Source: Verrucomicrobiota bacterium (lineage in GTDB: Bacteria; Verrucomicrobiota; Verrucomicrobiia; Limisphaerales; CANJXF01). Taken from it: a stretch of DNA of 18,300 bases. Positions 7,707-13,688 of the stretch are shown here, piece after piece (within the stretch, counting starts at the first letter, position 1; each line of letters starts with the position of its first letter). Below the pieces are notes generated by a model. That model saw only the letters and a list, made by a program, of their open reading frames with translations, ran no database searches and was not told where the DNA came from. The position numbers and the translations under genes were made by a program. Where the stretch lies: positions 1 through 18,300 of the forward strand of contig JBBQRQ010000103.1 of the NCBI GenBank assembly GCA_038214755.1, read 5' to 3'.

Positions 7707-9212
7707 ATGCTCGCCTGGACCATTTACATTTCGTTCCTCGGCGCGGCAGCGATGACGCTGTTGCCGAGTTCGCGCCCGCAGGTGGCGCGAGTGACGGCGT
7801 TGCTCACGGCAATTGCTGGTTTTGTAATGGCGCTTGTCGGAATTTTTCAACAGACGCGGGGCGAGGAAATTTCCACCATCACAAAGCTGGATTGGATTCC
7901 AAATCTTGGAATCAGTTTTCATTTGGCGGTGGACGGGATCAGTCTTGTGCTGGTTTTGTTGACCGGCATCGCGGCGGTTTGCGGGATTTTGTTTTCATGG
8001 AACATCGAACATCGCGCGAAGGAATTCTTCACCTTTTACCTCGTGCTGATCGGCGGCGTTTACGGTGTATTTCTTAGCTTCGATCTGTTTCTGCTCTTCG
8101 TGTTTTACGAAATCGCGATCATCCCCAAATATTTTCTCATCGCGATCTGGGGTTCGACCAATCGCGAATATGGCGCCATGAAACTGGCGCTCTACTCCTT
8201 CGTCGGCAGCGCGATGGTTTTGGTGGGGCTTATCGCAACGTATGTCGTCGCCGGAGCGAACACGTTTGATTTGCTCGAACTGGCGAAATTTCCTTTCCCC
8301 GACACATTTCAACAATGGGCGTTTCCACTCGTATTCGTCGGCTTCGGAATTCTCGCCGGCCTTTGGCCATTTCACACCTGGGCGCCGACCGGCCACGTCG
8401 CCGCGCCAACTGCCGCATCCATGTTGCTCGCAGGCGTCGTGATGAAACTCGGAGCGTACGGAGCGTTGCGAGTTGCCATGACGCTTTTCCCGCTCGGCCT
8501 CGATGCGTGGCGAAACGTCATCGCCGTTCTCGCCGTGATTGGAATTATCTATGGCGCACTGGTCGCGCTCGTGCAAAAGGATTTCAAATTTGTCATCGGC
8601 TATTCGAGCGTGAGCCACATGGGATTTGTTTTGCTCGGCATGATGACGTTGTCGCAAATCGGTTTGAGCGGTGCGGTGCTGCAAATGTTTTCCCACGGAA
8701 TTATTGCGAGCCTCCTTTTCGCCGTGGTGGGTCGGATGGTTTATGACCGCGCGCACACGCGCGAGCTTTCCGTCCTCGAAGGAATGAATCTGAGCAAAAC
8801 AATTCCCTTTGCGTCGGTGACATTCGTTATCGCAAGCGTGGCGTCGATGGGACTTCCGGGTTTCAGCGGATTTATTGCCGAACTGCAAGTGATCATCGGC
8901 GCGTGGAGAACTTTTCCGGCGTTGGCGATTGTGACCGGCATGGGAATCATCATCGGCGTGGCCTACAGCTTGCGCGCCCTGATTAAAGCTTTCTTTAGCG
9001 GAGATAAATTTGGGCAGGTCGCTAATTCATCCGCGCTTTCACAAGCGCAGCTACGAGTTGAACCAATTTCATTCCCTGAAAAACTCGGCGGGGCCATTCT
9101 CATTGTGACGACCATTGCGATTGGAATTTATCCACGGCTCTTGCTCGATTTGATTACACCGAGTTTGAATTCCCCGCTCATGCAGCCGCTGTGGAAAGGC
9201 GTTCACCCGTGA
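7707..9212 (+). CDS. nuoM: NADH-quinone oxidoreductase subunit M, copy 2 (divergent)
   Basis: AVDGIS, FYEIAIIPKY, PFHTWAPTGHVAAPT, MKLGAYG, YSSVSHMG, MGLPGFSGFIAE; ATG at 7707. Confidence 0.88.
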   Translation: MLAWTIYISFLGAAAMTLLPSSRPQVARVTALLTAIAGFVMALVGIFQQTRGEEISTITKLDWIPNLGISFHLAVDGISLVLVLLTGIAAVCGILFSWNIEHRAKEFFTFYLVLIGGVYGVFLSFDLFLLFVFYEIAIIPKYFLIAIWGSTNREYGAMKLALYSFVGSAMVLVGLIATYVVAGANTFDLLELAKFPFPDTFQQWAFPLVFVGFGILAGLWPFHTWAPTGHVAAPTAASMLLAGVVMKLGAYGALRVAMTLFPLGLDAWRNVIAVLAVIGIIYGALVALVQKDFKFVIGYSSVSHMGFVLLGMMTLSQIGLSGAVLQMFSHGIIASLLFAVVGRMVYDRAHTRELSVLEGMNLSKTIPFASVTFVIASVASMGLPGFSGFIAELQVIIGAWRTFPALAIVTGMGIIIGVAYSLRALIKAFFSGDKFGQVANSSALSQAQLRVEPISFPEKLGGAILIVTTIAIGIYPRLLLDLITPSLNSPLMQPLWKGVHP

Positions 9213-10681
9213 ATTTCAATTACGCGGAAATTTTCACGTTGGTCATTCCCGAAACCATTGTCGTCGTCACGGCGTTTGTGGCGTTGCTGGTTAATATGAT
9301 CGCGCGGGGATCTGCCGAGAGAATCTCGGCAGCACTTTCCTGTCTCGGCTGCATCTTGGCTATCGGCTGGATTTGGCTCGTTCCAACTTATGGAAACATT
9401 TCAAATGGAATGCTGGTGGTAGATCCGCTCACGCAATTCATGAAACAAGTTTTGCTGGGGTTGACCATTTTCACGGCGATCATTTCGATCCAAACAAAAT
9501 TTACGCAACATGTCGGAGAATATTTTGCGCTGCTGTTGCTCGCCTCGGTGGGAATGATGTTTCTCGTCAGCTCAGAAAATCTGCTGATGATTTTTGTCGC
9601 GTTGGAACTGATCAGCCTCTCGCTTTACGTCATGGTCGCTTTCAAAAAAGAAAGTATTTACTCGGCAGAAGCGGCGCTGAAATATTTTCTCTTCGGCGGA
9701 ATGTCGGCGGCGTTCACGCTCTTTGGACTGAGCCTGATTTATGGATTGAGCGGCGAAATAAACTTGAGCGCGATTGCGGCGAAGCTAAGCGGTCAAACCA
9801 CCGATCCCCTTTTCTTAGTCGCGCTCGTTATGGCGCTGATTGGTTTCGGATTTAAAATTGCCGCAGTGCCGTTTCATTTGTGGGCACCCGATGCCTATCA
9901 AGGCGCGCCAACGCCAACGGCTTCATTCATTGCAGCAGGTTCAAAAGTCGCGAGCTTTTTCATCCTCGCAAAAATTGTGATGATTGGATTCAACGGAGCG
10001 GGCGGAAGCGGTGCGTGGCGCAATTTTGGTTCCGGTTGGATTCCAATTCTCGCGGCGATGGCTGCGCTTTCGATGGTGCTCGGAAATTTAGCGGCCATTT
10101 CCCAGAGCAGTGTGAAACGTCTGCTCGCCTATTCGGCCATCGCTCACGGCGGTTACGCATTGCTCGCCATCATCACCAATCATCCCGCCGCAGTCGGTTC
10201 GTTGCTTTATTACGTGATCACTTATGCACTCACGGTTCTGGGCGCGTTCGCCGTCGTTGCCGTCGTCGAGCATAGCGCGAACGGAGATAAACTGTCCGAC
10301 TTCGCCGGATTGAGCCAACGCGCTCCGCTACTCTCAGCGTGCATGATGGTGTTCATGCTTTCGCTGGCGGGGATTCCTCCGCTGGCCGGTTTCTTCGGAA
10401 AATTTTATCTGTTCACGGATGCGTTGCGTTACGGCGCGCGCGATCTTGGTTTGCTCTGGTTGGTGATTCTCGCCATCGGCACGAGCGCAATTTCGCTCTA
10501 TTACTATCTGCAAGTGTTGAAACAAATTTACGTGGCAAAATCATCTGAGGAAAGCCCACCGGTTGACGCCGCACTTCCAGTTCAAGCAGCGATAGTTATT
10601 CTCGCGTTGCTGGTTGTGGTTCTCGGTTGTTTCCCAAATCTCCTTGTGAGCAAATTGCTCGCGCTGGTGGGTTGGAGTTGA
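9209..10681 (+). CDS. nuoN: NADH-quinone oxidoreductase subunit N
   Basis: ALELISL, EAALKYF, GFKIAAVPFHLWAPDAYQGAPTP, KRLLAYS, SLAGIPPLAGFFGKF, SLYYYL; GTG start overlaps the nuoM2 stop. Confidence 0.92.
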   Translation: MNFNYAEIFTLVIPETIVVVTAFVALLVNMIARGSAERISAALSCLGCILAIGWIWLVPTYGNISNGMLVVDPLTQFMKQVLLGLTIFTAIISIQTKFTQHVGEYFALLLLASVGMMFLVSSENLLMIFVALELISLSLYVMVAFKKESIYSAEAALKYFLFGGMSAAFTLFGLSLIYGLSGEINLSAIAAKLSGQTTDPLFLVALVMALIGFGFKIAAVPFHLWAPDAYQGAPTPTASFIAAGSKVASFFILAKIVMIGFNGAGGSGAWRNFGSGWIPILAAMAALSMVLGNLAAISQSSVKRLLAYSAIAHGGYALLAIITNHPAAVGSLLYYVITYALTVLGAFAVVAVVEHSANGDKLSDFAGLSQRAPLLSACMMVFMLSLAGIPPLAGFFGKFYLFTDALRYGARDLGLLWLVILAIGTSAISLYYYLQVLKQIYVAKSSEESPPVDAALPVQAAIVILALLVVVLGCFPNLLVSKLLALVGWS

Positions 10682-10718
10682 AGCTTCGGCTTGTTCCCGC
10701 ACGAAAGTATTCAGTAGA

Positions 10719-10873
10719 GAAACCACAGATGGACACAGAGGAACACAGATGGAGCCGCCAAGAGGACTTAACGTTTCAACAGCGCCCTCACACACAGTGA
10801 ACAGGAGCGGGAGATCAATCAACCTGCCAACCGTTGGTCTTTTCTGTGTTCATCTGAATCCATCTGTGGTTTC
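10719..10873. repeat. Inverted-repeat element with arms of 10-bp units (AACCACAGAT/GGACACAGAG/GAACACAGAT)
   Basis: Arms 10719-10749 and 10843-10873 match at 28 of 31 positions as reverse complements. Confidence 0.85.
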
Positions 10874-10923
10874 CATCCTTTCTCTTCTGCATCGTTAGGG
10901 GGAAGCTTGAACTCCAACAACAA

Positions 10924-11892
10924 ATGATGAACGTGACGACGATTACCATTCCAGAACGAATTCAGCCGGGACGAAAAATCGAAGGCATTTCCGCCGTGCT
11001 TCTCCCGTTTGAAAACGTTGGGCGGATTGATTTCGATTCCTTCGCGCAAAATGTGAAACGAACGCTCGACGCCGGGATCGCTCCCGCAGTCAACATGGAC
11101 ACCGGCTACACGAATTTCCTGACAGCAGATGAACGGAGCGAAGTGTTGAAGCTCACGCGCGAGGTTTGTGGTGGAAAAAGTTTCGTCGCCGGCGCATTCG
11201 TCGAGGGGTTGGCAGGCGACCCGGTGAAAAATTATCAGCAAGCCGTCGCCGAAATTCAGGAAGCGGGCGGAACGCCAATTCTTTTTCAATGTTCGGCACT
11301 CAAAAGAATGAGCGGCGCGAAAGTGGTGGATTTTTACAAGAGCATCGCCGCGAATTGTCCAAGATTTCTCGCGTTTGAACTGGGAGAGATGTTCGCGCCC
11401 TTCGGACAAATTTATTCGCTCGAAACCGTTGGCGAATTGATGCGCATCCCGCAACTCACCGGCATGAAACATTCCTCGCTCAATCGTGAATTGGAGTGGC
11501 AGCGGCTGGCGTTGCGCGACGAGGTCCGGCCTGAATTCAAAATTTATACGGGCAACGATCTCGCCATCGATATGGTCATGTACGGCAGCGATTATTTGCT
11601 CGGCCTCTCCGCGTTTGCTCCCGAAGCGTTTGCCGCGCGCGATAAACTGTGGGCGGAATCCGATCCGCGCTTTTACGAACTGAACGATCTGCTCCAATAC
11701 CTCGGTCACTTCGCGTTTCGTCCGCCAGTGCCGGCTTACAAACACAGCGCCGCTCAGTTTTTAAAATTGCGCGGCAGAATTAAAACCGACATTCCGCATC
11801 CAAAAGCCCAACGCCGTCCAGAAAGTGACCTCGAAATTCTACGAAATATTTCCGAACGGTTGGATAAATTCCAAATGCCGACGTCGATGTGA
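10924..11892 (+). CDS. Dihydrodipicolinate synthase-family (class I aldolase, TIM barrel) protein of unknown substrate
   Basis: N-terminal SAVLLPF..GRID, LTADERSEVL, probable Schiff-base Lys in GMKHSS, YTGND. The canonical GTTGE is replaced by NMDTGY, so it is probably not a true DapA. Confidence 0.75.
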   Translation: MMNVTTITIPERIQPGRKIEGISAVLLPFENVGRIDFDSFAQNVKRTLDAGIAPAVNMDTGYTNFLTADERSEVLKLTREVCGGKSFVAGAFVEGLAGDPVKNYQQAVAEIQEAGGTPILFQCSALKRMSGAKVVDFYKSIAANCPRFLAFELGEMFAPFGQIYSLETVGELMRIPQLTGMKHSSLNRELEWQRLALRDEVRPEFKIYTGNDLAIDMVMYGSDYLLGLSAFAPEAFAARDKLWAESDPRFYELNDLLQYLGHFAFRPPVPAYKHSAAQFLKLRGRIKTDIPHPKAQRRPESDLEILRNISERLDKFQMPTSM

Positions 11893-11922
11893 GAGCGAAC
11901 CTTAGCCCCGTGACACGGCCGC

Positions 11923-12325
11923 TCAATGTCCTGCCTGATGCTCCTGAATATATTCCTGTTTCAATCCGAGTTTTTCCGGCGCGTGCAGCACGAGCATCTT
12001 CATTCGCACGTCAGACGGAATATCTTTTCGGGTCAATTTGGAAACGACAATCATCAACGTAATCGCCAAAGGCACAGCCCAGATGGCCGGTTGTTCGCAA
12101 AGAATTCTCAGCAGCGGATGCGTCGCGAAAAATTCCGACAACGGTTTCGCCCACGCCGCTTGATCCGCCACCATCGTGCTGACCACCGTAATCAAACTCG
12201 CCATTCCGCCGACCAACATTCCTGTCGCCGCGCCGCGCATGGTCATGCCGCGCCACCAGACCGACATAAAGAGCAACGGAAAATAACTCGCCGCCGCAAT
12301 CGCAAAGGCCCACCCGACCATTTTG
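11923..12325. repeat. 403-bp direct repeat of 13689-14091 (symporter 3' end)
   Basis: Manual alignment gives 19 substitutions, no indels (about 95% identity) and 3 amino-acid changes. Confidence 0.95.
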
Positions 12326-12597
12326 GCATTTCCGGAATTCACGACGATGGCTTGCGCGACACCTTTCTTGATTCGCTTGACGCAAAGTTTCACCAGCGCG
12401 GCGCAAACCTGGCTCGTCGTAAACATTCCGGCAACCGTGGCAGGCGTTTCTGAAACGATAAGTGCGAGGTCGCGTTTTTTTCCTTTGTTGGAACCTTTGC
12501 CGGTGCCGAGCTTTTTGATGTCGCAAAAAACTCCGGCAGCGAGAAAACCTTTCGGGGCAATAATGGAACCGGGAATACGTTTGAACGAAACTTTCAT
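11923..12597 (-). pseudogene. argJ: In-frame chimera: N-terminal 91 aa of ArgJ fused to the C-terminal 133 aa of the ActP-like symporter
   Basis: PKGFLAAG, KRDLALI, AGMFT and AIVVNSGNA are ArgJ N-terminal motifs. From KMVGWAFA onward the sequence duplicates the end of 13689..16847. Confidence 0.85.
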
Positions 12598-12609
12598 TGA
12601 ATTTTCATT

Positions 12610-12637
12610 AACAAGGATGCGCAGGATGCATAGGATT
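12610..12637. repeat. Short 9-bp-period run AGGATGCGC-AGGATGCAT-AGGAT, possibly an orphan arm of a tandem-unit element
   Basis: Seen directly; no partner arm found nearby. Confidence 0.4.
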
Positions 12638-12704
12638 TATTTTTTGTGAAGGACTTTTGCTTCTTCCACGTTTGCGGGTCATAGATTTCTGGGTTCCCGG
12701 ATTA

Positions 12705-12823
12705 AACGCAGAGGACGCAAAGGGTTTCGCAGAGGAACGCAGAGTGAGAACCTTTCTGCCAGGCCCTTTTTCCCTCACTGTTTACTTTGCGTCCTCTGCG
12801 CGAACCTCCGCGTCCTCTGCGTT
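12705..12823. repeat. Inverted-repeat element with arms of CGCAGAGGA-like units
   Basis: Arm 12705-12744 (AACGCAGAGGACGCAAAG...) and arm 12785-12823 (...GCGTCCTCTGCGTT) are imperfect reverse complements. Confidence 0.85.
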
Positions 12824-12934
12824 AAAAAATCTGCCGTCTCCGATACCTACAAGAAAACATCGAGGAAACAGACTTTTGCAGTTTCGTGGGGGAATTTTCA
12901 CTAGGTAAATCCTGAATGTGCCTGAAAGCCTTCC

Positions 12935-13525
12935 TCAGCCCTCGGGATTCTCAACTAATTCCTTGAGCCGCGCGGCCAGTGGCAGCGGAAGCCGTTCACA
13001 CCAACTGGCGTCAATCAACCCGACCTCAAGAAGGTCGCGCAGGTGCGTGCGATCTTTGTCGCGAAAGGAAGTCAGCTTCATCCTCACCAGAGCCTCCAGC
13101 GTCACCAGACGAAACGTTTCTGTTTCTTCGGACTCAGAAACGTCCGGCGCGGACGCGGGATTTTCCGGTCGAACTTTTTCTCCGGCAAAAACAATATGCA
13201 CTGCATCTCGCGCGCTGGAGTTCGCGCCGTCCAAAAAAATATCGAGACTCTTGACGTGGCGATAAATAAAACCCGCGACGGACAACGCATTTCTCGCGGC
13301 GGCTAGATCGGAACGGCGAAGAAGAATGTCCACGTCTTGCGTATTGCGCACGGCGGCTTCATCCACGCGCGACACCCAGGCAGCCACGGCATTGCCCCCG
13401 ACGACGGCATACGGCACACCGGCTTTATTCAACGCGGCGGTTGCCCGCAATAATCTGTCACGCACTTTTTCCACGGCGCGAATCATCCTTTCCCATGAAA
13501 CATTCCCATATTGTGTCGCAGGCAT
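12935..13525 (-). CDS. Putative DNA polymerase beta-superfamily nucleotidyltransferase (AbiEii-like fold), stand-alone
   Basis: YAVVGGNAV ... RNTQDVDIL (GG plus R-x-T-x-D-x-D) and C-terminal KL...RDKD...D motif. Confidence 0.65.
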   Translation of the reverse strand: MPATQYGNVSWERMIRAVEKVRDRLLRATAALNKAGVPYAVVGGNAVAAWVSRVDEAAVRNTQDVDILLRRSDLAAARNALSVAGFIYRHVKSLDIFLDGANSSARDAVHIVFAGEKVRPENPASAPDVSESEETETFRLVTLEALVRMKLTSFRDKDRTHLRDLLEVGLIDASWCERLPLPLAARLKELVENPEG

Positions 13526-13579
13526 GGCGGATCATTTTTAGCTCAATTCGTAAATCGCAACAAGTCTTGGTTGAATGTC

Positions 13580-13646
13580 CGGAGCACCGGTTTGCAACCG
13601 GCTTTTGACCTCTCGTCTTCAAAGCCGGTTGCAAACCGGCGCTCCG
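13580..13646. repeat. GGAG-type REP-like doublet (single hairpin per arm) downstream of the symporter gene
   Basis: 26-bp arms 13580-13605 and 13621-13646 with 1 mismatch; each arm holds a CCGGTT-N3-AACCGG hairpin. Confidence 0.88.
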
Positions 13647-13688
13647 TTCGATGACCTCAGTCCGTTTGAGGACAGCCGAGAATCACAG

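Noticed and set aside
7461..7723. 70-80-aa ORFs between the nuoM genes as a possible small subunit
   Set aside because: They coincide with the GGAG REP doublet and show no transmembrane or NuoK/MrpC-like character.
7995..8888. 297-aa minus-strand ORF
   Set aside because: Antisense shadow of nuoM2.
3544..10681. Interpretation as an Mrp Na+/H+ antiporter or DAB inorganic carbon pump
   Set aside because: No mrpB/C/E/F/G or DabA-like gene is present, the first subunit lacks the MrpA C-terminal extension, and motifs match NuoL, NuoM and NuoN.
10819..11745. 308-aa minus-strand ORF
   Set aside because: Antisense shadow of the DHDPS-family gene.
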